Part shown: piece after piece, positions 26,988-36,463 of the stretch
Layout of the letters: every line of letters starts with the position of its first letter
How positions within the stretch are numbered: position 1 is the stretch's first letter
Origin: Candidatus Kuenenia stuttgartensis
GTDB taxonomy: Bacteria > Gemmatimonadota > Gemmatimonadetes > Gemmatimonadales > Gemmatimonadaceae
Reading direction: 5' to 3'
DNA length: 64,000 nt
Assembly (NCBI GenBank): GCA_943330235.2
Contig: CALQGY020000006.1
Coordinates: 3,487-67,486, forward strand
Program-made: the position numbers and the translations under genes
Notes under the pieces: generated by a model
The model's database searches: none
The model's input: the letters and a program-made list of their open reading frames with translations, nothing else
Told to the model about the DNA's origin: nothing

Positions 26988-27812
26988 CTAGAAGCCGAGG
27001 GACAGTTGCGCTGCAACGGCCGGATGGGTGGACCCGTCCGCGCCGATTGGCCCGCAGGGAACCGTCTGGCTCGCGGCCCACAGCGTGTCGCGCCGCCAGC
27101 CGGCGCGTTGCATCGCGGCCCGCGTGCGTTCCATCGCGGCGGTCGGCGTGTTATTCGTTTCGCTCAGGTGCGCGAGGATCACGCCGCGCAGGCCACGATG
27201 GGCGGCGCCGGCAATCAGTTCGGCCGCCGTGCCATTGGAGAGGTGCCCCAAGCCGCCACGAATTCGCTGTTTGAGCGCCCACGGGTACGGCCCGTTGGCC
27301 AGCATCGTTTCGTCGTGGTTCGACTCCACCACCAGCAGGTCGCAGCGCGATAGCGCGGGGGGCAGTGCCTCCGGCACGTGACCGAGGTCCATCGCAATCC
27401 CGACGCGGGCGCCGCTGCCAACGTCCGTGAGGACCAGCGCTACGCAGGCGCGGGCGTCGTGTGGGACGGCGATACACTCCACCCTGAAGCCGGAGACGGG
27501 CACGTTGCTCCCGCCCAGTACGAGATTCACCGTCGCCTTTGGAGCTTCGGCCAGCGCGTCCAGCGAGGCGCGCATCCCGTGCACCGGCCACCCCCAGCGC
27601 GTGCTGGCGGCCACCGCGCCGCTCGCGTGATCCCGGTGTTCGTGCGTGAGCAGGAGCGCGCTCACCTCCTCCGGGCGTCGCCCCGTGAGCGCGAATCGAC
27701 GCGCCAGCAACCGCGGACCGAATCCGGCGTCCACCAGGACACTGCTCTCGGTGCCGTCCACGAGAATGGCGTTCCCACGACTGCCGCTGCCCAACACGGT
27801 GACACGGAGCAT
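26988..27812 (-). CDS. MBL-fold metallo-hydrolase
   Basis: VLGSGSRGNAILV; LLTHEHRDHASG (HxHxDH). Confidence 0.85.
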   Translation of the reverse strand: MLRVTVLGSGSRGNAILVDGTESSVLVDAGFGPRLLARRFALTGRRPEEVSALLLTHEHRDHASGAVAASTRWGWPVHGMRASLDALAEAPKATVNLVLGGSNVPVSGFRVECIAVPHDARACVALVLTDVGSGARVGIAMDLGHVPEALPPALSRCDLLVVESNHDETMLANGPYPWALKQRIRGGLGHLSNGTAAELIAGAAHRGLRGVILAHLSETNNTPTAAMERTRAAMQRAGWRRDTLWAASQTVPCGPIGADGSTHPAVAAQLSLGF

Positions 27813-27848
27813 GCCGTGATCAGCCGGCGGCGCGCTCGCCGAAACACG

Positions 27849-29102
27849 TCATCGCGCCGGCCACCGCACGTCGGCGAGCGCGTGCTGCATCACGATCGTC
27901 AGGTGGGCGCGTTGTGGCTCGCTCAGCGTCACCTGGCGACGTCCCATGACACGCGCCGCGATGGTGGTGAACTTGGCGGCGTCAAACACGCCGTAGGGCG
28001 CGCGCGTCCCCCATGCGAAGGGCGCCACGGCCTTGGGCGGCATGGTGTCCATCACATTCGCGCCGGCGCCCAGCACGCATCCCGTCGTCAGTCGTAGACC
28101 GATGCCCGTCTTCACATGATCGCCGAAGAAGGTTCCTGCGAACTGAAGACCGCTATCGCGGATACCCTCGGTCGTCCACATCGCCACCGTGCCGTACGTG
28201 TTCTTGAGATTGCTCGTGATCGTACCCGCGCCAAGGTTCACCCAGCGTCCCAACAGCGAGTGCCCTACGAAGCCGTCGTGCCCCTTGTTCGCGTGACCGA
28301 TGAACACGGACGTGGAGAGTTCGCCGTGCACGCGACACATGTCGCCGATGGACGAGGCGGTGATGCGCCCGCCCATGACCGCCGTGTCTCGCCCAATAAA
28401 ACACGGGCCGACAATCCGCGTGAACGCCTGCACACTCGCGCCAGCGCGCACGAGCACATCACCGGCCTGCGTGTCGAACACGACCAAGGGTTCAATGCGG
28501 GCGCCGGCCTCCACGAAGACGGTGCCGCCGCCCAGAATCACCGGGCCAGCCGCACCACCGTCGGTGGCGAGTGGACGCGCAGCAATCTGACCTGCGAGAA
28601 AGGGCACGTCCTCCGCGAGCTGCGCCGGGAGAAAACGCACGAGATCCCACGCGTCGTCTAGCCAGCGGCCCGCGACGGACACGTCGGGTGCGCCGAGTGG
28701 CGCGAGCGCCTCAAGAGTGAGCATGCCGTCGTGCAGCTGTGCCGCCGAGACGGCGCTCGCCAATCGCACGGCGGCGATGCGTCCGTCAATTCGAAGGATA
28801 TGCGCGACCGCCTGCGTGGGATCAGCGGCCGGCGCCACATGCTCGCGGGTGAGTGACGGGAGCGCGCGCGCATTCACGAGCCACGTTCCCGCGGCGAGGT
28901 CGGTGTGGATCACCGGCGGGGAATCGAACTCGTCGAACGCCGCGAGATGTGGTGCTACCACGCACCCGTCTATCGGTGCGCCAAACCACCACCCCCATCG
29001 CTCCCGCCCTAAGAACGCCCCCGCACGGAGCTCTCCGACCGGCCGCGTGGTGGCGAACGGCTCGAACGTACGCGCACGCGCGTCATCGTACAGGACGATC
29101 AC
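27849..29102 (-). CDS. putative sugar nucleotidyltransferase with left-handed beta-helix (alternative GlmU-like family)
   Basis: N-terminus MIVLYDDARARTFEPFATTRPVGELRAGAF resembles the FCB-group putative sugar nucleotidyl transferase family. C-terminal hexapeptide-type repeats (IGDMCRVHG, VGHSLLGRWVNLGAGT). Assignment by recollection. Confidence 0.6.
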   Translation of the reverse strand: MIVLYDDARARTFEPFATTRPVGELRAGAFLGRERWGWWFGAPIDGCVVAPHLAAFDEFDSPPVIHTDLAAGTWLVNARALPSLTREHVAPAADPTQAVAHILRIDGRIAAVRLASAVSAAQLHDGMLTLEALAPLGAPDVSVAGRWLDDAWDLVRFLPAQLAEDVPFLAGQIAARPLATDGGAAGPVILGGGTVFVEAGARIEPLVVFDTQAGDVLVRAGASVQAFTRIVGPCFIGRDTAVMGGRITASSIGDMCRVHGELSTSVFIGHANKGHDGFVGHSLLGRWVNLGAGTITSNLKNTYGTVAMWTTEGIRDSGLQFAGTFFGDHVKTGIGLRLTTGCVLGAGANVMDTMPPKAVAPFAWGTRAPYGVFDAAKFTTIAARVMGRRQVTLSEPQRAHLTIVMQHALADVRWPAR

Positions 29103-30157
29103 GGGCCGCGCAGCTCGGGTGGCAGCGCATCGAGCAACGTCTTGAGATCCGCCGCGCGCTCCCGGGTCGTCACCATCACAATACCGTCACGAGAGACCAC
29201 GACCAAATCATCGACGCCATACAGCACCACCGTGCTCCCTTCGGCATGGACGACGTTGTTGCGGGCCTGCAGCAGGAACGACGGCCCCTGGGTCGCGTTG
29301 CCGTCGCCGTCGAGCGCCCGCACTCGGTGCAACGCCGCCCACGTCCCCACATCATCCCACCCGAAGCGGCCGGGGATCACCAACACCCGTGCGCTCCGCT
29401 CAAGCACGCCCACATCGATGGCGACCGATCGCACCTGCGCGAAAAACGCCGCGAGATCATCACCGGCCGCGTCCAGTGCGGGTTGCACTTCCGGCGTATG
29501 CGCACGGATCTCGTCGAGCAGGTCACCCACGCGCCACGCAAAAATGCCCGAATTCCAGAAAAAGCCATCGGCGACCAACACCGCCGCGCGCTCTGGCGTC
29601 GGCTTCTCGACAAACCGCGCCACCTGCCGCACGTCGAGCGGCGCCCCGTCCGCTACGGTGTGTGTCGTGAGCGCGGTCCCGGGTTGGATGTAGCCGAATC
29701 CGGGATCCGGCCGTGACGGCACGATGCCCACCGTGACGAGCGCCCGCTCTCGCTCCGCGACATCCGCCGCGTCACGTAACGTCCGCCGAAACGCGGCCAC
29801 GTCGCCGATGGCCCAGTCCGCGTGGACGCAGGTCATCACCGACTCGGGGCCTGTGCGTTGGGCGATCACGCGCGCGGCCCATGCGAGCGCCGCACACGTC
29901 CCGGCGGGGCGGGGCTCGGCAATCACGTTCTCGGGCGGCAGCGCGGGCTCCATCGCCAGAATCGCGTCGCGCAGCGACGCGTTCGTGAGAATGAGCGTGC
30001 GCGCCAAGGGCGCCAACGGCACTAGCCGATCGAGCGTGTCGCGAAGCATCGGCGCCGATGTGATCAGCGGCAGCAGCTGCTTCGGGCGGTCGGGGGTGGA
30101 GAGCGGCCAAAAGCGCGATCCCACGCCTCCGGCGAGCACCACATTCCAGCGATTCAT
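29099..30157 (-). CDS. mannose-1-phosphate guanylyltransferase-like nucleotidyltransferase
   Basis: VVLAGGVGSRFWPLSTPDRPKQLLPL signature. ATG at 30157 (MNRWN) preferred; 30187 is also possible. 4-nt overlap with the downstream gene. Confidence 0.82.
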   Translation of the reverse strand: MNRWNVVLAGGVGSRFWPLSTPDRPKQLLPLITSAPMLRDTLDRLVPLAPLARTLILTNASLRDAILAMEPALPPENVIAEPRPAGTCAALAWAARVIAQRTGPESVMTCVHADWAIGDVAAFRRTLRDAADVAERERALVTVGIVPSRPDPGFGYIQPGTALTTHTVADGAPLDVRQVARFVEKPTPERAAVLVADGFFWNSGIFAWRVGDLLDEIRAHTPEVQPALDAAGDDLAAFFAQVRSVAIDVGVLERSARVLVIPGRFGWDDVGTWAALHRVRALDGDGNATQGPSFLLQARNNVVHAEGSTVVLYGVDDLVVVSRDGIVMVTTRERAADLKTLLDALPPELRGP

Positions 30158-30164
30158 ACGGAGA

Positions 30165-30363
30165 TCACGAGGGAAACGAGGGCACATCGAGGTCGAGGGT
30201 CGACACCCCGACGTCTGAGGTAGACGGAGGGCTACCGGTCAATGTCACGATCCGCTCGAACAAGCGACGCGGACTGAACGGCTTCGGCCGCACGATGGCC
30301 ACCCCGAGTGCTTCGGCGGCGGAGGATCAGGCCGATAGGCGGCTCGTCGTCCACCACCAGCAT
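30165..30363 (-). pseudogene. probable relic of a response-regulator receiver (REC) domain, internally deleted and frameshifted
   Basis: My own translation. A 43-codon ORF (30363 to 30232) starts MLVVDDEPPIGLILRRR (REC beta1). The +1 frame then reads AAEALGVAIVRPKPFSPRRLFERIVTL (REC alpha4-beta5-alpha5, KPF motif) and runs to a TGA at 30165. The central roughly 70 aa, including the phospho-acceptor Asp, is absent. Confidence 0.45.
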
Positions 30364-30377
30364 CTGGCTACGCGCGC

Positions 30378-30731
30378 TCAGATCAGTGCCGCAATCTGCG
30401 CACGGTGGCGGCGCAGTTCATAAAGCAGCGCGGCCAAATTCGCCGACGGCTGCAGGAGCACCAGCAGGAGTGCCTCGGGGGAGACGGCCGTGACCACCGC
30501 CGTCCCCGCACCGTATTCGAGCACCATCAGGGCGAAGTCACCGCGACCCGAGGCCACCCCCATGTCGATGGCCGCCGCCACCATGGGCGGGACGTGCGCC
30601 GCTAACCCGTCGGCATCCATCGCGCGCTCGGCGGCCCCGTCAATCAGCAAGCCATCGCGCCCAAGTACGATGGCCGCGTCCACACCCTCACGGCGCCGAA
30701 GCGCGCTGACTAGATCCCGAATGGTCGCCAT
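30378..30731 (-). CDS. roadblock/LC7 (MglB-like) domain protein
   Basis: 117 aa; GVDAAIVLGRDGLLIDG ... ALMVLEYGAGTAVVTAV pattern typical of Robl/LC7. Confidence 0.75.
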   Translation of the reverse strand: MATIRDLVSALRRREGVDAAIVLGRDGLLIDGAAERAMDADGLAAHVPPMVAAAIDMGVASGRGDFALMVLEYGAGTAVVTAVSPEALLLVLLQPSANLAALLYELRRHRAQIAALI

Positions 30732-30825
30732 GTCGGAACGCTGCGTAGGCCACGGGGTGAAGTCAAGCAGTCAAACCGCTTGCCCAGACCTGAGTGGAGC
30801 GGTAACCTCAACGTTCGCTTCTGCC

Positions 30826-31452
30826 ATGGGGAATACCCGATTGTCTCGATCGCTCGGCGCGCGCCGTCTCCTGCAGCGCGCCATGTTGTTTCCGGCCTCC
30901 GTCGTCACCGTCTGCGCCCTCGCGGCATGCAGCGACTCCACGGGCCTGCTCACGCCCGCGTCCTTCGAAAACGTCGATCGCCAGTATGGCGTCTACGCGA
31001 TCACAGGCTCGTCGTCTGGGTTGCCCGCCGGCTACCAGTTCGTCAGCGAGTCGCTGGTGCGTCCGCAGGTGCTCGCGACCGGCGCGCTCAATTTTGATGT
31101 CGCGTTCGACATCACCGCCGACGGCAAGGCCTCGGTCATCAGCGCCAAGCGCGTGGTGCCGACGCCGCCCTCCGCGGTGGCGCCCGTCGGCTTCCTGCAA
31201 TTGACGGCGGTCTACGAGCAGCTGCAGCAAGCGCCCGTGAAGGGCTACGTCGATGACACCACGGCAATCCTCTCCGTCGGCCAGTCGGTCGTCGTGCGAT
31301 TGACCGGCTCCGGCTGTGTCTACGGCGAGCCGTTCTATGCGAAGCTCACCATCGACAGCATCAATGTCGCCCAACGGCGATTGCTGGTGCGCTCGCTGGT
31401 CAATCGCAATTGCGGCTATCGCTCGTTGGTCGCGGGTGTTCCGAAGGACTGA
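30826..31452 (+). CDS. hypothetical lipoprotein
   Basis: Signal peptide with lipobox VCALAAC; no family recognised. The track start at 30490 was rejected because it is antisense to the roadblock gene. Confidence 0.55.
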   Translation: MGNTRLSRSLGARRLLQRAMLFPASVVTVCALAACSDSTGLLTPASFENVDRQYGVYAITGSSSGLPAGYQFVSESLVRPQVLATGALNFDVAFDITADGKASVISAKRVVPTPPSAVAPVGFLQLTAVYEQLQQAPVKGYVDDTTAILSVGQSVVVRLTGSGCVYGEPFYAKLTIDSINVAQRRLLVRSLVNRNCGYRSLVAGVPKD

Positions 31453-31493
31453 GGCCTCGCGTCGTCCTTCTCCCACGTTTCTCCGTTCTCTTC

Positions 31494-32771
31494 ATGCACG
31501 ACATTCGACTGCTGCGCGACCAGCTGGACCTAGTGCGCGATGCCATGCGCCGCCGCGGCAAGCTCGACGAGCTCGGTCCGCTTCTCGATCGCGCCGAGTC
31601 CCTTGAGCGTGATCGCCGAAGTGCCATCACCGAGCTCGAAGCCCAGCAGGCGCGCCGCAACAAGCTGACTCAGGAAGTGGGACAACTGCGCAAGGCGGGC
31701 GCGGACGCCACGGCGCTCATGGCCGAAGCGCGCGCGGCCGGCGACGCCATCGCGGTGCTGGAGCAGCGGCGCAGTGAGGCGGATGCCGCTGTGCAGCAGA
31801 TGCTCTACGAGCTCCCCAACATCACGCTGCCCGAGGTCCCGGAGGGCGGTGAGAGCGCCAACACCGTCGTGCGCGCATGGGGGACGCCGCGTGAAGACGG
31901 TGCCAGCATTAAGCCGCACTGGGAAGTCGGTGAAACGTTGGGCATCATCGACCTACCGCGCGGCGCCAAGATCAGCGGCTCGGGCTTCATCGTCTATCGC
32001 GGCGCCGGCGCCCGGTTGGTGCGCGCGCTCATGAACATGATGCTCGATATTCACACCGACGAACACGGCTACGAAGAATGCTGGGTGCCGTTGGTGGTGA
32101 ATCGGGCCAGCATGACGGGGACTGGGCAGTTCCCGAAGTTCGAAGAGGACGTGTATGCGATCACGGGGGAAGATCTCTTCCTCATTCCGACCGCCGAAGT
32201 GCCGGTCACGAATCTCTATCGCGACGAAATTCTCGAAATCGGTGAGCTGCCCAAGGGCTTTTGCGCCTTCAGCGCTTGCTTCCGGAAGGAAGCGGGAGCC
32301 GCTGGCAAGGACACGCGTGGGCTCCTCCGGGTGCACGAATTCGACAAGGTGGAACTGGTCCGTTACGCGACCCCGGAAACCTCGCTCGACGAGCTCGAAC
32401 GGCTCACCGGACACTCCGAAGTCATTCTCCAGCGTCTCGGCTTGCCATATCGCGTCGTCCTGCTTGCCGCGGGCGACACCGGCTTTTCCAGCGCCAAGAC
32501 GTACGATCTCGAGGTCTTCGCGCCCGGCGTAGGGAAGTGGCTTGAAGTGTCGAGCTGCAGCGTCTTCACCGACTTTCAGGCGCGTCGCGCAAACATCCGC
32601 TATCGGCCGGCGCCGGGCGAGAAGCCCAAGTTCGTGCACACGCTCAACGGCTCCGCGCTCGCCTTCTCGCGGATTATCGCGAGCATCCTTGAGCATTGGC
32701 AGCAGCCGGACGGCTCGGTGCGCATTCCCGACGCGCTCCAGCCGTATCTCGGTCGTGCCGAGCTGCGCTGA
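31494..32771 (+). CDS. serS: seryl-tRNA synthetase
   Basis: N-terminal coiled coil MHDIRLLRDQLDLVRDAMRRRG; class II motifs FRKEAGAAGKDTRGLLRVHEF and GSALA. Confidence 0.95.
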   Translation: MHDIRLLRDQLDLVRDAMRRRGKLDELGPLLDRAESLERDRRSAITELEAQQARRNKLTQEVGQLRKAGADATALMAEARAAGDAIAVLEQRRSEADAAVQQMLYELPNITLPEVPEGGESANTVVRAWGTPREDGASIKPHWEVGETLGIIDLPRGAKISGSGFIVYRGAGARLVRALMNMMLDIHTDEHGYEECWVPLVVNRASMTGTGQFPKFEEDVYAITGEDLFLIPTAEVPVTNLYRDEILEIGELPKGFCAFSACFRKEAGAAGKDTRGLLRVHEFDKVELVRYATPETSLDELERLTGHSEVILQRLGLPYRVVLLAAGDTGFSSAKTYDLEVFAPGVGKWLEVSSCSVFTDFQARRANIRYRPAPGEKPKFVHTLNGSALAFSRIIASILEHWQQPDGSVRIPDALQPYLGRAELR

Positions 32772-32799
32772 TGTTCTGCTCGTGAGTGCGGTCGCCGTG

Positions 32800-32844
32800 G
32801 CGCTCGCGGACGCGCTCGCGCTCGCGGACGTCCTCGCGCTCGCC
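32800..32844 (+). repeat. 18-nt tandem direct repeat, about 2.5 copies
   Basis: GCGCTCGCGGACGCGCTC / GCGCTCGCGGACGTCCTC / GCGCTCGCC, in the 93-nt serS-kinase spacer. Confidence 0.6.
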
Positions 32845-32864
32845 TGAGCGCAGGCGGCAACCGC

Positions 32865-34010
32865 ATGCGTCGTCGACGCTGGCCCGTGGTGCTGGTCGTG
32901 CTGGGTGTTCTGGCGCTGCTGACGTGGTACGTGGGCTACACGCAGCATGTCGTGACGCAGCTGCGCGGCGCCGCTGGCTCGCAGGGGCGGATGTACGGGC
33001 GCATCTATCGCGCGCTGCTCGACACGAGTGCGGCGGGGGAAGACAAGACGCCCGTCTTGTTCGAACTCGCTGGGCAGGTGAAAGAGTCCGGCTTGCCACT
33101 GGTCATTACCGACGCGGAAGGACACGTCTCCGCGGCGGCCAACCTCCCGGACATCCCCGCGCTTGATACCGCAGCCTTCGTGCGGGATCTCGACCGACGG
33201 AACGCCCCCATTCTCGAACCGGGCGTCGGTGGTGTGCACTTCGGCGACAGCCCGATCGTCAACGGGCTGCGTGTCATTCCCGTCCTGCAGGCGGCGGGTA
33301 TCGGGTTACTGCTCGCGTTCGGACTCTACGCGCTCGTCGAACGCGGGCGGGCGGAGCGTGAAAAAGTGTGGGCCGGCATGGCCCGTGAGGCCGCGCATCA
33401 GTTGGGCACGCCGCTCTCCGCTATGGCCGGTTGGCTGGAGCTCATGCGCGAGGAGACGACCAACCCCACGATGACGCGCGCCGTCGAAGCGATGACGCAG
33501 GATCTCACGCGCCTCGATCGCGTGTCGCATCGCTTCGAGCGCATTGGTCGGCCGCCGCGAGATGAAGTCGTCGACTGCACCGCGCTCGTCGATCGGCTCG
33601 CGGCGTATTTTGCCGCGCGGGCCCCCACATTGGCGCGCCGCGTGAGCATCACCAGTGAGCATCCCGATGGCGCCATCACGACGCGCGGCGATGGCGTGCT
33701 GTTGGAGTGGGTGCTGGAGGTGCTGATCAAAAACGCGATCGACGCACTCGGCGGGCGCGATGGCGCGGTGGTCGTGTCGGCGCAGCGGCAGCCGGAAGGC
33801 GGCGTGCGCATTCGCGTCGCCGACAACGGGCCAGGCGTCCCCCGGAAATTGCGGAAGCGGATTTTCGATGCCGGATTCACCACGAAGGATCGCGGCTGGG
33901 GCATCGGCCTCTCGTTGGCGCGTCGCATTGTTGAGGAAAATCACGGCGGAAAATTGCTACTGGCGGACGTTGATCTTGGGGCGGCGTTCGACGTTATCTT
34001 GATCGGATGA
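32865..34010 (+). CDS. sensor histidine kinase (two TM segments, periplasmic loop, HisKA + HATPase_c)
   Basis: H-box EAAHQLGTPLSAMAGWLELM; N-box LIKNAIDAL; G1 DNGPGV; G2 GWGIGLSL. Confidence 0.88.
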   Translation: MRRRRWPVVLVVLGVLALLTWYVGYTQHVVTQLRGAAGSQGRMYGRIYRALLDTSAAGEDKTPVLFELAGQVKESGLPLVITDAEGHVSAAANLPDIPALDTAAFVRDLDRRNAPILEPGVGGVHFGDSPIVNGLRVIPVLQAAGIGLLLAFGLYALVERGRAEREKVWAGMAREAAHQLGTPLSAMAGWLELMREETTNPTMTRAVEAMTQDLTRLDRVSHRFERIGRPPRDEVVDCTALVDRLAAYFAARAPTLARRVSITSEHPDGAITTRGDGVLLEWVLEVLIKNAIDALGGRDGAVVVSAQRQPEGGVRIRVADNGPGVPRKLRKRIFDAGFTTKDRGWGIGLSLARRIVEENHGGKLLLADVDLGAAFDVILIG

Positions 34011-36463
34011 CCACGACGGGATGGACCGGCTCGCTCTTCGAAGCGCAGCCGCCGAAAATCGATCCGGAGAAGGCGCTCCGCGGACTCAATCCGGGCCAGC
34101 GCGCCGCCGTGGCCCACGACGATGGGCCCATTCTCGTGCTCGCCGGCGCCGGCTCCGGCAAGACGCGCGTGCTGACCACACGCATTGCGCGACTGATTGC
34201 GGAGCGCGGCGTTGCCGCTCACGAAATCCTCGCCGTGACCTTCACCAACAAGGCCGCAGGCGAGATGCGGAATCGCATCGGCACGCTGCTCGGGCACGAA
34301 CCCAAGGGCATGTGGTGCGGCACGTTCCACGCCCTCGGCGCGCGCTTGTTGCGCGGCGTCGCGCCGCTGGTCGGGCGCGAGCAGAACTTCACCATCTACG
34401 ACGAAGATGACACGCTCGCGACCCTCAAACGAGTCATGGAGCGGCGGAACGTCAGCCCCAAGCAATTCAGCCCGCAGGCGATTCTCGCGTCCATCTCCGA
34501 CGCCAAGAATCAGCTCGTATCGCCGGGCGAGTTCGCGCGGGTAGCACGCGATCCGTTCGCCGTCACGGTGGCCGGTATCTACGCCGATCTCGAGACGGCC
34601 CTCGAGCGTGCGAATGCCGTGACCTTCGACGATCTGCTCGTGCTCCCCGTGCGCGCGCTTGAACGCGACACCGCGCTGCGCGAACACTATCAGCGGCGTT
34701 TCCGCTACGTGCTCGTGGACGAGTATCAGGACACCAACGCCGCTCAATACCGCTTCGTCTCGCTCATGGGTGGCGGGTATCGCAACGTCATGGTCGTCGG
34801 CGACGACGATCAGAGCATCTACGGGTGGCGCGGGGCGGACATCCGGAACATCCTCGACTTCGAGCGCGATTTTCCGGGCGCCAGCGTCGTGCGCCTTGAG
34901 GAAAATTATCGCTCGACGCCCAACGTGCTCGCGCTCGCGAATGCCGTCATCGCCGAGAATACGGAACGACGCGGCAAGACGCTACGCGCGACGCGACCGG
35001 CCGGCGAACCGGTCACGCTCATCGAGACACTGGACGAACGCGACGAAGCGGACGTCATCGCGGACATCGTCATCGATCGCACCGCGCGTGGGAACTGGGC
35101 GCGCAAGGACTGCGCGGTGCTGTATCGCACCAACGCGCAGAGCCGCGCGCTCGAAGATTCCTTCCGTCGGCGCAGCATCCCGTATCGGCTCATAGGCGCG
35201 GTGCGCTTCTACGATCGACGGGAAATCCGCGACCTGATGGCGTACCTCAAGCTGGTGGCCAATCCCGCCGACGACGAAGCCTTCCGTCGGGCGGTCAACG
35301 CACCCAAGCGTGGACTGGGCGATGCGACCATCGCGCTACTCACCGAGCACGCGGCTGCTCAAGGGACGTCGTTGCTGTCCATCGCGTCGCGCGCGGAGGT
35401 GCTCGCTGGGCTACGGCCGGCGGCGCGCACCGCGCTCGAGGACTTCGTCACGCTGGTCCAGCAAATGCGAGCGCAGGCGGTGGACGCATCCGTCGACGAA
35501 TTACTGCGCACGCTCGTCCAGCGCATTCGCTACGCCGAACATTTGCGGGCAGAGGGACCCGAAGGCGTTGAACGCATTGAAAACGTGCGTGAAATGATCG
35601 CCGGTGCCGCCGAAGTGGTGGCGGACGACGGGGGCGAAGTCGGCCTCACGCCGCTCGATCACTTCTTGCAGAAGGCCACGCTCGTCGCCGGCGTCGATCG
35701 CCTCGATCCGGACGCCGACGCCGTGACCATGATGACGATGCACAACGCCAAAGGATTGGAGTTCCCGCTCGTCTTTGTGTCTGGCCTCGAGGACGGTCTG
35801 TTTCCGTTGGCGCGCGCCGCTGAAGATCCCAAACAACTCGAAGAAGAACGGCGCCTGTTTTACGTCGGCATCACGCGTGCCGAACAGAAGCTCTACCTCA
35901 CGTGCGCGGAACAACGGCGACGCAACGGGGAGATGATGTTCTCCATGCCGTCGCGCTTCTTGCGTGCGGTCACCCCGTCCCTCGCGGAGCGTCAGAAATC
36001 ACCGCGCGCGCGCGCGGAAGGGCGAGGGGGCTACGGTGGGTCCGCCGGCGCCGCGCGCGCGTCCAGTGACGGTTCCTGGGGACGCAGCAGCTATGATCGT
36101 GCCGGAGGCGCTGGCGCTGCCGGCAGTGGACCGCGTCGCCCGGCTGGGCCCTACGGCAGTGCCTCTGGGCGTCCGGATTCGCGGGGCAGCGCGTCGGGCG
36201 AGGTGCCGTTCGGCAAAGCCGCGGTCTCGTGGAACAAGGGGCCCGCGCGCCCACGACCGTCGGAGCCTGAGGACGAGTCACAGGACGCGCCGATGCTGGT
36301 CGTCGGTGAGCGCGTACGGCATGGCAAATTCGGCACGGGCACGATCGCGGAGCTTACCGGCAGCGGGCGCGACGCGAAGGTCCGGATCGACTTCGACGAC
36401 GAAGAGGTGGGGCGCAAGACGCTGGTGATCGCGCAGGCCAAACTCGAACGCGGGTGGGAATAA
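34007..36463 (+). CDS. pcrA: ATP-dependent DNA helicase, UvrD/PcrA family
   Basis: Walker A AGAGSGKT; VDEYQDTN; TMHNAKGLEF; C-terminal Tudor-like VGERVRHGKFGTGTI. ATGA overlap with the kinase gene. Confidence 0.92.
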   Translation: MTTTGWTGSLFEAQPPKIDPEKALRGLNPGQRAAVAHDDGPILVLAGAGSGKTRVLTTRIARLIAERGVAAHEILAVTFTNKAAGEMRNRIGTLLGHEPKGMWCGTFHALGARLLRGVAPLVGREQNFTIYDEDDTLATLKRVMERRNVSPKQFSPQAILASISDAKNQLVSPGEFARVARDPFAVTVAGIYADLETALERANAVTFDDLLVLPVRALERDTALREHYQRRFRYVLVDEYQDTNAAQYRFVSLMGGGYRNVMVVGDDDQSIYGWRGADIRNILDFERDFPGASVVRLEENYRSTPNVLALANAVIAENTERRGKTLRATRPAGEPVTLIETLDERDEADVIADIVIDRTARGNWARKDCAVLYRTNAQSRALEDSFRRRSIPYRLIGAVRFYDRREIRDLMAYLKLVANPADDEAFRRAVNAPKRGLGDATIALLTEHAAAQGTSLLSIASRAEVLAGLRPAARTALEDFVTLVQQMRAQAVDASVDELLRTLVQRIRYAEHLRAEGPEGVERIENVREMIAGAAEVVADDGGEVGLTPLDHFLQKATLVAGVDRLDPDADAVTMMTMHNAKGLEFPLVFVSGLEDGLFPLARAAEDPKQLEEERRLFYVGITRAEQKLYLTCAEQRRRNGEMMFSMPSRFLRAVTPSLAERQKSPRARAEGRGGYGGSAGAARASSDGSWGRSSYDRAGGAGAAGSGPRRPAGPYGSASGRPDSRGSASGEVPFGKAAVSWNKGPARPRPSEPEDESQDAPMLVVGERVRHGKFGTGTIAELTGSGRDAKVRIDFDDEEVGRKTLVIAQAKLERGWE

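Noticed and set aside
32800-32844. 18-nt tandem repeat considered as a possible mini CRISPR or other array
   Set aside because: There are only about 2.5 contiguous copies with no spacers, so it is a simple tandem duplication. No cas genes are present in the window.
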